Virus record (IMG/VR): IMGVR_UViG_3300025154_000049
Location: 32,001 to 96,000 of that record
Direction: 5' to 3' (one strand)
Source: a virus
Length of the DNA: 64,000 nt
Positions 40,290-50,465 of the stretch are shown here, one piece after another. Each line of letters opens with the position of its first letter. Within the stretch, counting starts at the first letter, position 1. The translations under genes were made by a program, and so were the position numbers. A model generated the notes under the pieces. That model searched no databases. It worked only from the letters and a program-made list of their open reading frames with translations, and was not told where the DNA came from.

Positions 40290-40877
40290 TTAAAATTTAA
40301 CTTTACAAGACTTATCTATTCTAGTTAAAATACTAGCTCCACTAAATTTTTCATCTCCATTTAAGTTAATAAGAGCTTCTACTATACCTACTGCCTCTCC
40401 TTTACTATTTAATACTGGACTACCAGACCATCCTTTAGCTATAAAAGAGTCTGAGATAAGATAGTTGTTGGCAACTCCGAATATTTGACCAGAAGAAGAA
40501 CTAACACAATTATTAATTTTTATCCTATCTCCTTTTTTAATGGTACCTATAGGATAAGGAGCTATTCCTTCTGTATTTATATTTATAGTAGTTATAGTAT
40601 TAGTTAAATATTTAACTTGGTTCTGACTTATTAATCTAGCTTTGCCTTTAATATCTATAAAAACATATTTAAAATTATTATTTAATATATGGGTAGCTGT
40701 TATTATTTTATTTTTTCCAACAATAAAACCATGACCGTAGGCTATATGATTCTTATCTGCTACTCCTATAATTAGAACAATTCTATCGTCCTGACATCTT
40801 TTTAGAAGAATATCTTTGGCACAACATTGGGTAGTTAATAAAAAACAAAATAAAATAGACAGTAAAATTCTAAACAT
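40290..40877 (-). CDS. Secreted trypsin-like serine protease
   Basis: Signal peptide; GHGF, ITATH, GWSGSPV. Confidence 0.75.
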   Translation of the reverse strand: MFRILLSILFCFLLTTQCCAKDILLKRCQDDRIVLIIGVADKNHIAYGHGFIVGKNKIITATHILNNNFKYVFIDIKGKARLISQNQVKYLTNTITTININTEGIAPYPIGTIKKGDRIKINNCVSSSSGQIFGVANNYLISDSFIAKGWSGSPVLNSKGEAVGIVEALINLNGDEKFSGASILTRIDKSCKVKF

Positions 40878-40928
40878 AAAAATATCTCCTTTTATTTGAT
40901 TATACCAAACAAGGAGATAAAAGTCAAG

Positions 40929-41840
40929 CTAAAAATTCATGAATTTTTGTAAAGCCTTCTCTACGTCATCTACTTCAGAATCGTCTAATTCCTTGTCATC
41001 TATTAAATCTTCTAAATCAGATACTAATCTATTATATAAAAATCGGGATAATAATTTATATTGAGCATTGTCATCTTCCCACTCTGGAGTATCCGCACTG
41101 TGCTTTCTTCTTATCTCTTTCCAATGTTTTTTATCTTGAGAAAGAGATGCTATTTCTTGTTCCATAGAATCTAATTTATCTTGTAGTAAATCTCTCAATT
41201 GTATTTTAGTTTCTTCAGGAACTCTTCCCATAACACTTCTAAGATACCTATAATCTATCAAATCTCTCCTTAATTTACCAATATCTAAATCTGCATCTTT
41301 AGTGAGATACTCTATTTTAGAAAACACGTCTTTAAATACTTCATAGGGATTATACGTGTCTTGTTTTAGTATTGGTTTTTTAATCCAAGTATTTTGTAGG
41401 AGTGAATAAACTCCTATACTTTTTAAATCCGACTCTTCATCAAACTCCACATATACTTCAAAAGGATGAATACCAGCATACCAATTATTTTCATCTCTAT
41501 TGTCTTTATACCATTTCATTACTTTTTTAGTAAATTCTAAATTATCTTCTCCCTCTATTTGGTCAACATTAGGAATTATATGAATATCTATATCCGATTC
41601 ATCATCGTATATATTGGATGTTATAGAACCTATGATATAAATATCTCTGGCTAATTCTATAAGGTTATAGTATGGATAAGCTCTTAGTGCTCTAAATATT
41701 TTGTTTTTTACATCTTTTCTTAGGACGTAATCCCCACTATCTTTAAAAAGCCAAACATCCTCAGAAGGTTTCTCATGAGGAAAATCTATGGAGGACTCAT
41801 TTAATCCGCCAATAATGTTTTTAATCTTTTTTAATGACAT
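40929..41840 (-). CDS. Pol-beta-type nucleotidyltransferase domain protein, late
   Basis: IIGSITSNIYDDESDIDIHI, EVYVE, GVYSLLQNTW; N-terminal LNE motif. Confidence 0.7.
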   Translation of the reverse strand: MSLKKIKNIIGGLNESSIDFPHEKPSEDVWLFKDSGDYVLRKDVKNKIFRALRAYPYYNLIELARDIYIIGSITSNIYDDESDIDIHIIPNVDQIEGEDNLEFTKKVMKWYKDNRDENNWYAGIHPFEVYVEFDEESDLKSIGVYSLLQNTWIKKPILKQDTYNPYEVFKDVFSKIEYLTKDADLDIGKLRRDLIDYRYLRSVMGRVPEETKIQLRDLLQDKLDSMEQEIASLSQDKKHWKEIRRKHSADTPEWEDDNAQYKLLSRFLYNRLVSDLEDLIDDKELDDSEVDDVEKALQKFMNF

Positions 41841-41947
41841 TATTTCTTTTCTTCTGTAAGAGGTCTAAGCTCTTTACTTTTCTTCTCATCTACCAAACTG
41901 CTAATGTTCATTAATAATTGTTTAATTTTTTCTAATCCCTGTTCCAT
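41840..41947 (-). CDS. Small late peptide
   Basis: Manual translation MEQGLEKIKQLLMNISSLVDEKK..., 35 aa; late-like motif at 41983-41993. Confidence 0.45.
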   Translation of the reverse strand: MEQGLEKIKQLLMNISSLVDEKKSKELRPLTEEKK

Positions 41948-42009
41948 ACCAAATTTCCAGAATTAATTGTACTCTATCTATTTATAATTTAAAATAAGTA
42001 TGTAACAAA

Positions 42010-42372
42010 CTAATCTATCAGTTCTTTTAGTACGAGATATTTATTGATATCCTCTTCATTTATATGCAACAGCTCAGTGGAGAACCTGTATCTAGTATAC
42101 GTTTTTATCATTTCTTTACCCAATAGCTCATTGTCTAACATAAATACAATTATTTTATTAAAAATATCCTGAATATCATCGTTTCTGACCTTATAGTAAC
42201 TAATCTCTATGTTATTCCCCCAGCTAAATCTTAGGGATACTTCAAAATTATCTATATCTAACCTATGTAGTATTATATCATACTTTCTATCGAGAGCTTT
42301 TATGGAATATAACAATTTGCTTAATGTAGGATTTTCTATAACAGTTGAAATCTCTATCTCATTAGGGTACAT
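42010..42372 (-). CDS. Hypothetical protein, C-terminal xEL tag
   Basis: Ends LVLKELID. Confidence 0.65.
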   Translation of the reverse strand: MYPNEIEISTVIENPTLSKLLYSIKALDRKYDIILHRLDIDNFEVSLRFSWGNNIEISYYKVRNDDIQDIFNKIIVFMLDNELLGKEMIKTYTRYRFSTELLHINEEDINKYLVLKELID

Positions 42373-42374
42373 AA

Positions 42375-42959
42375 TTAATTGCCTGTGAGTTCTAGTAACA
42401 TACCTAATCTACATTTTAAATCCTCTGATAAATTTGAATTTTCTAAGATATTCTTTAATTGATAATTTTCTATTTGGTCATATCCTTCATTATCTAAAAT
42501 ATATTGAACTAACTCAGTAGGACACTGACCTATAAAAAATGTAAAAAAATTACTAAACGAGAAATCCATCAATCTAACATCAAACTTTGCTTTATTAAAC
42601 GCAAATCTATTTATTATTATATGAAGGATATCCTTTTCTGTTATATTGGTTCTTTTTAATTTTCCATGAAAAACTGTCCTAGTTATGAAACATTGAAATT
42701 CTTTATAATTCACTTTTTCTTTTGGAATATGTATTGTATGATTAGGTAACTCTATGTAATAATACCCAAGAGCTATTATCTCCGTAGCTTTGTTTGGTAT
42801 TATTAACTCAGAAGGGTCATTGTTATAATACTTTATCTCTTCTATCTGCATGGAAGATTCTAATATTCTTATATTTTTAGTATTACCTTTTATAGCATTA
42901 TTTCCATAATCCCTTGGTTTAATATTATACTTTTCCATAAAAGAAGCTAGGTTACTCAT
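42375..42959 (-). CDS. Hypothetical protein, C-terminal xEL tag
   Basis: Ends GMLLELTGN. Confidence 0.65.
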   Translation of the reverse strand: MSNLASFMEKYNIKPRDYGNNAIKGNTKNIRILESSMQIEEIKYYNNDPSELIIPNKATEIIALGYYYIELPNHTIHIPKEKVNYKEFQCFITRTVFHGKLKRTNITEKDILHIIINRFAFNKAKFDVRLMDFSFSNFFTFFIGQCPTELVQYILDNEGYDQIENYQLKNILENSNLSEDLKCRLGMLLELTGN

Positions 42960-42963
42960 ATTA

Positions 42964-43248
42964 TTAATTTTTCATATCCTCAAGAATACTTATAAATTTA
43001 TCTATTTCTTTCTTTTCTATAAGACCACATTCATAGTCTCCAACATCCTTATTAAAAGCATATCTAACACCTAGCCATAGTCTTTTAAAGAAGTTATGCT
43101 GTTTTGGATTAAGTCTGACATCTGCATAAACAGTATCATCTCCCTCTACGGTATAGAAACGCAGTACATGGTGAGCACAACAACATTCACATTCAACATA
43201 TCCGACTTTAAAGGTACAATTATTAGCACCTTCGTATTTATTAATCAT
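42964..43248 (-). CDS. Hypothetical protein
   Basis: CECCCAHH; FFKRLW..VRY motif. Confidence 0.65.
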   Translation of the reverse strand: MINKYEGANNCTFKVGYVECECCCAHHVLRFYTVEGDDTVYADVRLNPKQHNFFKRLWLGVRYAFNKDVGDYECGLIEKKEIDKFISILEDMKN

Positions 43249-43250
43249 AT

Positions 43251-43577
43251 TTATTTCTCCTCTTCCTCTTTGTTTCCCTTTTGTTCATCTAAAAGTTTAA
43301 AATAGTCTTCTTTAGTGGGAGCTAACATAGCTATACTTCCATTAGTTATTATATAAACTAGGTAATAATTAAAATTTCTTACTATGTCGTTGAATATTCC
43401 CTTATTATATCTATAAAAGACACTAACACATAAAATAGAAAGAACTCCATTAAGTACTAGGTTAGTTCCTCCCAGAATACCCATTAAATGGTATAATAGA
43501 GATATAGGAAAAATATATAAAACTGCTATATTTAGTAAAGTTACCACTAAGGATATTGCTACAAATCTGGGATTCAT
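43251..43577 (-). CDS. Membrane protein
   Basis: Hydrophobic segments. Confidence 0.6.
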   Translation of the reverse strand: MNPRFVAISLVVTLLNIAVLYIFPISLLYHLMGILGGTNLVLNGVLSILCVSVFYRYNKGIFNDIVRNFNYYLVYIITNGSIAMLAPTKEDYFKLLDEQKGNKEEEEK

Positions 43578-43652
43578 TAAAGTTCTCCGATAATCTCTTT
43601 TAACGTATTATACCACTTAAAATAATATTTTTCAACAATATGTTAAGTTTAT

Positions 43653-44168
43653 TTAACTCCAGATTTGAGTTAAATATTTTTCTAAAGATTTAAAAAATCC
43701 CTTATAGTTTTTTTCTTCAAACTTAATCATTCCTTTTATATACTCTTTTTGTTCTGGGGTAGATTCTTTCATTCTCAAATGACCTTCCTCTGTTCTCTCG
43801 AACCAGTCATCTACCTCTCCTCTACTAGGCATATCTCCTATGTATTTCTCAGAATTTAGAAACCTGTCCATACGACCACGAATTACATCTATTTTCTTAA
43901 CTGTCCAAGGAGCATCATAATGGATATCATCTTCAGCTATTACTTTTCTTAATCTCCCTAATTTAAAATCTATAATTTTTAAGAGATACCAAAAATCCCA
44001 ATCCTCGTCATTATATAAAACAGGAATCCATTTAATTAATCTTTCCAAAAATCTAAATTGTTTATTTATAGCATAAACAAAATCATTGTGGAATACAAAA
44101 TCGTCCACTTTTGTAAAAATAGTTTCTTCTCTAGGTTCAAAACTTTTAATTGCTTTTGGGCTTAACAT
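43653..44168 (-). CDS. Hypothetical phage protein
   Basis: WIPVLYNDEDWDFWYLL..FKL motif. Confidence 0.65.
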   Translation of the reverse strand: MLSPKAIKSFEPREETIFTKVDDFVFHNDFVYAINKQFRFLERLIKWIPVLYNDEDWDFWYLLKIIDFKLGRLRKVIAEDDIHYDAPWTVKKIDVIRGRMDRFLNSEKYIGDMPSRGEVDDWFERTEEGHLRMKESTPEQKEYIKGMIKFEEKNYKGFFKSLEKYLTQIWS

Positions 44169-44185
44169 AATTTATTCTCCTAATA

Positions 44186-44404
44186 TTAATCTAATAATTC
44201 TCTCATAGATATTAAACTTTGTACATTATCACTAAATATTCTACCCTCTGTCTCAAATATTTTCTTTAGTTCTTTTAATGACGTATTATTTATAACAGAA
44301 TAATTAGTACTTGGAATTTCCTCCATAATTACTGTTTTATGTAAAGTTCCAGTTTCAGTTAATTTATAGATATCCAACTTATCTAGCATATAAATAGTTT
44401 TCAT
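44186..44404 (-). CDS. Hypothetical protein, C-terminal MxEL tag
   Basis: Ends ISMRELLD. Confidence 0.65.
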   Translation of the reverse strand: MKTIYMLDKLDIYKLTETGTLHKTVIMEEIPSTNYSVINNTSLKELKKIFETEGRIFSDNVQSLISMRELLD

Positions 44405-44967
44405 GTTAATTCTCTCATCATTTTAAGTTTAAATTGAGCTTGTGTTGGCAGATGGGATAATTTTAGATATTTAATATCCAATAAGTCTAAATTCTTTAAA
44501 ATGAATTCTTCAGACAGCTTTTGAAATTTAGAAAGCATCCTAGAAACTTCTTTAAAATTCTCGGGGCACTCCAATTTTATTAATTCTAATAAATGAATAC
44601 AGGAATATTCAGATAACTTTTGTATTTTTAGTAAGGGGATTACAGTACTTATATCTATTATGTTATCATTTTTTGAACGTATTAGGATATCTAAATGGCT
44701 ATCTAAAAATCTTTCTGTATAATTTAATTTAACATAAGTAATTTCGGTATAGTTATGAGGGTCTCCAAACACCTGTTTAACTAAAGCATTCAATAAAATA
44801 CCTTCTTCAAGTTCTAACTCTTTTTCTACTCTACCCATTTTTAGTTTTCTACAAGAATGACCGTGGGTAAGAGAAAACCACCTATATTTATTATCTTCTA
44901 TATCAGAAAAAATTTTAGTGTAGTCGTACCACTTAGATAGTTTTACTTCTTTAGTTATCTTTTTCAT
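44401..44967 (-). CDS. Helical-repeat protein, C-terminal MxEL tag
   Basis: QKLSE repeats; ends KMMRELT. Confidence 0.65.
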   Translation of the reverse strand: MKKITKEVKLSKWYDYTKIFSDIEDNKYRWFSLTHGHSCRKLKMGRVEKELELEEGILLNALVKQVFGDPHNYTEITYVKLNYTERFLDSHLDILIRSKNDNIIDISTVIPLLKIQKLSEYSCIHLLELIKLECPENFKEVSRMLSKFQKLSEEFILKNLDLLDIKYLKLSHLPTQAQFKLKMMRELT

Positions 44968-45400
44968 CTTCTGACAGAACTATCTCCTCTACTAATTCTC
45001 CCTTATCATCGTAAAGAATAACTTTTATACTTCCTTTAAAGTCGTTCATTTCTTTCATAGCTTTTAAGAAATCTTTATCTTGCTCCCCCTCTTTTTTAAA
45101 TCCATCAAGTATTATATCAAAATCTTCCAAATCTTCTTTTTTTACTTCTGGGTCTATCTTATACAAGGATAGATAATTTTTAATCCTAGTAACAAATTCT
45201 TCTTTAAGTCTTACCATACCGTATAATGTGGTTATTTGCCCCCTCAGTTGTTCCGAGGGTTGGTAGGTTTCTTCATCTATACTATTTTCTTCCACACATT
45301 TTAAATGTTCTTTCATAGTATCTTTTCTTAAATCATTTATTTGTTCTACTAGAGTTTCTAATCTTGAAAGATACAGAAGTACTTTTTCTCCAGCTAACAT
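44951..45400 (-). CDS. Hypothetical protein
   Basis: 149 aa; GGAGG RBS. Confidence 0.65.
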   Translation of the reverse strand: MLAGEKVLLYLSRLETLVEQINDLRKDTMKEHLKCVEENSIDEETYQPSEQLRGQITTLYGMVRLKEEFVTRIKNYLSLYKIDPEVKKEDLEDFDIILDGFKKEGEQDKDFLKAMKEMNDFKGSIKVILYDDKGELVEEIVLSEDEKDN

Positions 45401-45458
45401 AATTCCTCCATTTATATCACTCTCTTATTATAACAAATATTTATAATAATTTCAACTT

Positions 45459-46055
45459 TTAGTCTTCGGTAAGTTCTTGCATTAACTTTATTCTTATCTT
45501 AAAATCTTCTGGTATATTCTTGAAATCCCCACTCAGCATGTATTCTCTATTATGATGCTTAGGACATATAGAGTGAAACATTTTCCAAAAAAGGTCTTCA
45601 TATAAGTACATATATTTACAATGTCTTAGATAATTTTCTACTAATATACTATCATCTATATATTTTAACCAAAAGGATTCAGGTAAAGGAGGTATCTCGT
45701 CTTTAAATAAAAAATTTAATACTATCATATCTCTATCACAAGTATGTAAAGTATCTAATAACATCTCTAATGCAAAAACATCTCTATGTGCTTTATACAT
45801 AAAATAGAAATATACTATATTTTCTTTATCATGCCCCATATAAGCATTTATAACGGCTTGCTGGAAGACATATTCTGGTATCTTTTCCACTAATTGAGGA
45901 TGCAATGGTAAAACATCTCTGTAAATGCTAGGAGCTTGGTTGTTTTTTATTAAGTTTATTACTATATCTAGGCATACATCTTCTCGATAGTAATTCCTAT
46001 TTAAAAAGTCATTTAACTTTTGATAATCTACACATGTTATAAAATCAAAATTCAT
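45459..46055 (-). CDS. Hypothetical protein, C-terminal MxEL tag
   Basis: Ends KLMQELTED. Confidence 0.65.
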   Translation of the reverse strand: MNFDFITCVDYQKLNDFLNRNYYREDVCLDIVINLIKNNQAPSIYRDVLPLHPQLVEKIPEYVFQQAVINAYMGHDKENIVYFYFMYKAHRDVFALEMLLDTLHTCDRDMIVLNFLFKDEIPPLPESFWLKYIDDSILVENYLRHCKYMYLYEDLFWKMFHSICPKHHNREYMLSGDFKNIPEDFKIRIKLMQELTED

Positions 46056-46058
46056 ATA

Positions 46059-46352
46059 TTAATCACACAATTCCGATAGGGCAAGATACCTGTGTGTAAT
46101 CTCGTCCATATCTTCCGATTTATATATAACGTCTGTATTCTTTTCATAGTCTTCTAAGGCTTTAGAGAAATTAATGTATTTAAAATTCTGTCCCATATCT
46201 ACAAATCTACCACTATTAGAAATAAAACCATGACTGACACCATCTATGGGAGTCTTCAGACCTGCATGGATTACGCTAATCTCATTTATGTATTTTAGGG
46301 ATAACCCTTTGTTATCCCTAATTATATAATACATAGTCTTTTTACGTTTCAT
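46059..46352 (-). CDS. Hypothetical protein, C-terminal xEL tag
   Basis: Ends LALSELCD. Confidence 0.65.
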   Translation of the reverse strand: MKRKKTMYYIIRDNKGLSLKYINEISVIHAGLKTPIDGVSHGFISNSGRFVDMGQNFKYINFSKALEDYEKNTDVIYKSEDMDEITHRYLALSELCD

Positions 46353-47396
46353 CTATTCCTCGTTCTTTAGCAGGTATTTATTACTGATAGCTTTAAAACT
46401 TATTACTTGTCCGTTAATAAGATTTTTAGCTTTGAATACCAGACCTTCTCTTTCAGAGCCAGATATGACAGATTTACCTTCAGCCATCTTTAATAAATCG
46501 GCTACTGTTAAATTATCCAAATTAGTATAACCTAAGATAGGAACATGAGGTATTTCTATCCCATCAATAGTATTTAATTCTTTAAGAGTATTTAATCTCT
46601 CTTCAGGAGTCATATATCTTTTTTTGTCAATGTCAAAGATATCAAAGAGCTTGAAGTGATGTCCTTTGTATTTACCTCTATTCTTTTGTATACCTTCTCC
46701 TACTAATTCTCCCTGTAGGGATATATTTTTACCGTAAATTTCTAACTTTTCCAGTATTCTTAAACTTCTAACAGTATCCCAGAAAGTATTTCCCTGAGTC
46801 TCCTTCAACTCATAGTTCCTAGAACAAACACCTTGTTCTCCATCTTTTCTAAAGATAGTACAAGAACTACCATCTTCTTTTTCAGTTATTTCAAATTCCT
46901 CATACTTATATTTTTCTAAGTAGTCGGGTAAATTCTGAATTCTTTCTTGGTCTGTTTTTGATATCCCAGAAGGAAAATTACCTTTTATATTACCTGCTAA
47001 GTTAGCTGGAAGAGGAGGCTCGTATTTTAGTATACCTAAGTTCTCAGTAACATCATCTCCTACCTGTAAACCAGAAACAAATTCATGACTAAATAATTTA
47101 TGGGGGTCTAACACTAATCCTTGGCTGAGTTGACCACGCAATTTCACTGTTCTGAGACGTTCTCCCCTTACACCTTCATATTCTTTAGGTTCATATCCTT
47201 CTCTGGTAAGAAAGGGAGCTATTTCAGTAGGTATAAAAGAATCTATCTCAAAATAACAAACTTTGTCGGCTTCTTTAAATTCATTTTTCTTAGCTACGAC
47301 AATCCAACCACCTAAATGTAGAGCCTCGATAGCATCTGCTCCTTCTATAGGGGTTATTTTGTCTATCTGTCTTATAGTTGCTAATTTTCTTTCCAT
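46353..47396 (-). CDS. RNA ligase, DRB0094 family (N-terminal OB domain)
   Basis: RKLATI..PIEGADAIE, LRGQLSQG, KTDQERIQN, TEKEDGSS, QGELVG, FDI, REGLVF, SFKAISN. Confidence 0.9.
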   Translation of the reverse strand: MERKLATIRQIDKITPIEGADAIEALHLGGWIVVAKKNEFKEADKVCYFEIDSFIPTEIAPFLTREGYEPKEYEGVRGERLRTVKLRGQLSQGLVLDPHKLFSHEFVSGLQVGDDVTENLGILKYEPPLPANLAGNIKGNFPSGISKTDQERIQNLPDYLEKYKYEEFEITEKEDGSSCTIFRKDGEQGVCSRNYELKETQGNTFWDTVRSLRILEKLEIYGKNISLQGELVGEGIQKNRGKYKGHHFKLFDIFDIDKKRYMTPEERLNTLKELNTIDGIEIPHVPILGYTNLDNLTVADLLKMAEGKSVISGSEREGLVFKAKNLINGQVISFKAISNKYLLKNEE

Positions 47397-47516
47397 GTTA
47401 ATATTTCTCCTTATTATATACTAATAAAATTATACCAAAGAAATATCTAAAAGTCAAGCTATGTTAAGAAATGTGTAGCTTATATTATAAGTAGAGGTAG
47501 ATACAGGAGATAGATT

Positions 47517-47828
47517 ATGTTCAACTTCATTAAAAAATTCTTTGAGAAAACTAACGAAGTACAAACTAAAATTGACGAAGTACAAATACTTGCACAAAAT
47601 AAAATAGATACTGCTGAAGACATTAAAAAATCTTTAGAAACCGAACTTGAGGAGACTAAAGAACAATTAATTACTTATAAAAATTTCTATTCCAATGTTA
47701 CCACAATGGTAAAAGATATCCCAATAGCTCTTACTAGCAATATAAAAGATGAAACTATGGCTAAACTTCAACATATTGTAAATTTTTATAATGCTCAATT
47801 AGCTAAAGTAAAAGCTCCACGGTCTTAG
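47517..47828 (+). CDS. Coiled-coil late protein
   Basis: Late-like motif at 47479-47489; AGGAG RBS. Confidence 0.6.
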   Translation: MFNFIKKFFEKTNEVQTKIDEVQILAQNKIDTAEDIKKSLETELEETKEQLITYKNFYSNVTTMVKDIPIALTSNIKDETMAKLQHIVNFYNAQLAKVKAPRS

Positions 47829-48114
47829 TACATTTAGTGCATACATAAACAGCTCTAAGTTTATAGGGAGGAGAGAATTCTTTACAACCATTACCTCCTC
47901 TTATAGAAGAGATGGTAGAAGATACCTTACAATAAGTTCTATGGTAGGCACATTTTTCAAATTGGAATTCCCTTTCCATTTCACCTCTTAGAGTTTCACG
48001 ATATTTTTTTATTAGGTGTTTACATACTCCACAATTGGAAGTAGGATACTCTTCTTTTTCGTATACTTTTTCATAATTATGATTACAGAATACTTTCCTT
48101 ATCCTATCTAACAT
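47803..48114 (-). CDS. Cys-rich hypothetical protein
   Basis: FCNHNY...CTKC. Confidence 0.55.
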   Translation of the reverse strand: MLDRIRKVFCNHNYEKVYEKEEYPTSNCGVCKHLIKKYRETLRGEMEREFQFEKCAYHRTYCKVSSTISSIRGGNGCKEFSPPYKLRAVYVCTKCTKTVELLL

Positions 48115-48752
48115 ACCAATCCCTCCAGAATCTTGGCTTCCTCCGAGATTCTTTCTTTATATTTGGATATAAAGTGCCCATGATAGTCTCTATTGTAGGT
48201 TTCGTAGTCGTCTCTTACTGAACTATTATAATATTTATCTCTATCTTTGAAGTACCCTTTAAGCTGTTCAAAGGATACGGGAGTATAATTCCACTTATCC
48301 ACTCCCACGTCAGTGGATAATCCATAATCGGGACAGGTATTGTGTACATGACCATAGAGATGCCAAGCACCGTGGAAAGAACGATTCCAGCTTCTATGTG
48401 GATAGTGGGAGAGGTAAATATATTGACCTTCTACCGTTATACTCTTACCTTTATACATACCTTGGATTAAACCGTCTATCTGCATCTTTTTATATACTTG
48501 TTCCGTATCGTGGTTTCCAAGAATTAAAAATTTCTGTCCGTTTAGCATGGGTAGGATGTGCCTATAATTCTGATGTCCCCATATCATGTCTCCCAGCATC
48601 CAAATAGTATCTTTTTTCGTAACAACAGAATTCCAGTTATTTATTAAAGCTTCGTCCATCTCCTCGACACATTTATAAGGTCTGTTGCAATACCCTATAA
48701 TATTTTTACTTCTTATGTGAGTATCTGCTATAAAAAATACATTAGGTTTCAA
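48108..48752 (-). CDS. Calcineurin-like metallophosphoesterase
   Basis: ADTH, LGD, GNHD, SHYP, YGHVH, DVGVD. Confidence 0.88.
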   Translation of the reverse strand: MKPNVFFIADTHIRSKNIIGYCNRPYKCVEEMDEALINNWNSVVTKKDTIWMLGDMIWGHQNYRHILPMLNGQKFLILGNHDTEQVYKKMQIDGLIQGMYKGKSITVEGQYIYLSHYPHRSWNRSFHGAWHLYGHVHNTCPDYGLSTDVGVDKWNYTPVSFEQLKGYFKDRDKYYNSSVRDDYETYNRDYHGHFISKYKERISEEAKILEGLVC

Positions 48753-49039
48753 GATATTAACTCCTCCATCATTATTTTTGTATTTATATAGTCTTTTGCT
48801 TCTTTAACAGTATTAAATTCATACCAAGTACTATTCTCGTCAGTATCCAAAGAATAGTTTATAGTAAACATAAACACAGAAAATGGTATTTTAATATAAT
48901 CCATCCGATTACTTTTATAGTATTCCTCATGGAATACTTGTTTATCGTATCTATAGAGTAGTTCTAATGGAGAATCGTCTTTAGATTCTCTTACGTATGT
49001 TTTATTAGGGTTTATATTTCCTACTTCAGCAAGTTTCAT
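48749..49039 (-). CDS. Hypothetical protein, C-terminal MxEL tag
   Basis: Ends IMMEELIS. Confidence 0.65.
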   Translation of the reverse strand: MKLAEVGNINPNKTYVRESKDDSPLELLYRYDKQVFHEEYYKSNRMDYIKIPFSVFMFTINYSLDTDENSTWYEFNTVKEAKDYINTKIMMEELIS

Positions 49040-49403
49040 CCGTTAATTCCACCATAGTTAGCACGGACAACATTTTATCTTCGTCTATCCCACCATGTCT
49101 TTCTAATAGAGTATTAATTATATTACAAGGAACGTACCCATATACGTCTTGAACAGGTTCATTTAATGTTTCTGCTAACCAGTTATCAAAAGGTTCTGGA
49201 AATCCTATCTCTAAATGGGAATACTCCACATTTTCATCTTTGGGGGTACAGTAGTGATGAGAACTACCTTGGATGCTAACAGTAAACCCATCTTTACAAA
49301 CTATAGCAGGTCTGGGTAGACTATATTCCAAAAGGGGAGAGCGTTTATATGATGATTTAAGGTATTCTTTTAAATTCATGCTAGATACCGTTTTCTTGTA
49401 CAT
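49026..49403 (-). CDS. Hypothetical protein, C-terminal MxEL tag
   Basis: CKDGFTVSIQ...YCTP core; ends TMVELTDETC. Confidence 0.7.
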   Translation of the reverse strand: MYKKTVSSMNLKEYLKSSYKRSPLLEYSLPRPAIVCKDGFTVSIQGSSHHYCTPKDENVEYSHLEIGFPEPFDNWLAETLNEPVQDVYGYVPCNIINTLLERHGGIDEDKMLSVLTMVELTDETC

Positions 49404-49635
49404 GTTTTAATAATCTTTTAACTTCTATAGCGGGAACAGTTATATTTTTTAATAACTCGTCATTAGTATTTAATAAGTCCTCTACCGATAAATTTATTAT
49501 ATCTTCTTTTACATAATATTGTGGCGATAACAATTTTTCTAATAATGAATTTTTTGTTTTTGACATATAATTTCTCCTTTTACATCCATTATAATAAATA
49601 AAAGGGTTGTTGTCAACCCTTTTGTAAAGAAATAT

Positions 49636-49878
49636 TTATCTGTCTTTAGTTACTTTAATTTGTACGATATGGTTAGGAGCAATTACTGACCAATCTTGAA
49701 TCTGTACAGTTACCCAAGGATGACGAAGATAAGTATAACTGGGTTCCTCTACCACATCCTGTGTGAGTTCTCTCATAGTTTCTCTAACTAAATGTTTCTC
49801 ATAAGCTTCCATGTAGCATTTCTTAGGAGCTAATTGAAATTGTTTAGGTTGTTTAGTTTTTTCCCAACGTTTACTCAT
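49636..49878 (-). CDS. Hypothetical protein with internal MRELT motif
   Basis: 80 aa. Confidence 0.55.
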   Translation of the reverse strand: MSKRWEKTKQPKQFQLAPKKCYMEAYEKHLVRETMRELTQDVVEEPSYTYLRHPWVTVQIQDWSVIAPNHIVQIKVTKDR

Positions 49879-50465
49879 TATTTTAAATGCACTATAACTC
49901 TTCCAGAACCTTGAGTTGGACTTCCAGTAAAATATATTCTTATATCTGAATTATAAGAATATTCAAAACCGCTTGCTTTCTCATATAAGTTTGGCACTGT
50001 TAGTTCTGAATCTGTAGCATCCGTGAATAGGTCAGCAGTGAGGGAATCACCTACTGTTACGGTACCTTCATCAAAAGCACTTTCTACTTCTATTACTACT
50101 CTATCCACAAAATACCCGTCATAAGTATTTCCTATAGAGAGGTATCCCGAACCAAAATCGATATGGCTAAAATCTCCTACAATTTTACCTATTTCATCAT
50201 ATACTTCTTTTATTGCATTCTGTACGTTAGTGGATGTTAAGTTACCTGTAGGAGTGAAAGGTAAATCAGTAGCAGTAGCACTTCCAGACACATCTCCCGT
50301 AGTGCTTTTCAGTATACCAGCAAGAGTACCAATTTTTAAATTAGGAACTATAGTCTTTTTATCGATGGTTAATCCACTTGCATCTGAGGTAAGGGTAGTT
50401 TTGTTAGCTTTACCAATAGAAAATACTCCACTAAGGGTACCAATAATGTTTTCAATTAATCCCAC
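49878..50465 (-). CDS. Virion structural protein, modular (N-anchor of 9602/37208, C-domain of 12020)
   Basis: IIGTLSGVFSIG; TNVQNAIKE; IYFTGSPTQGSGRVIV. Confidence 0.6.
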   Translation of the reverse strand: MGLIENIIGTLSGVFSIGKANKTTLTSDASGLTIDKKTIVPNLKIGTLAGILKSTTGDVSGSATATDLPFTPTGNLTSTNVQNAIKEVYDEIGKIVGDFSHIDFGSGYLSIGNTYDGYFVDRVVIEVESAFDEGTVTVGDSLTADLFTDATDSELTVPNLYEKASGFEYSYNSDIRIYFTGSPTQGSGRVIVHLK

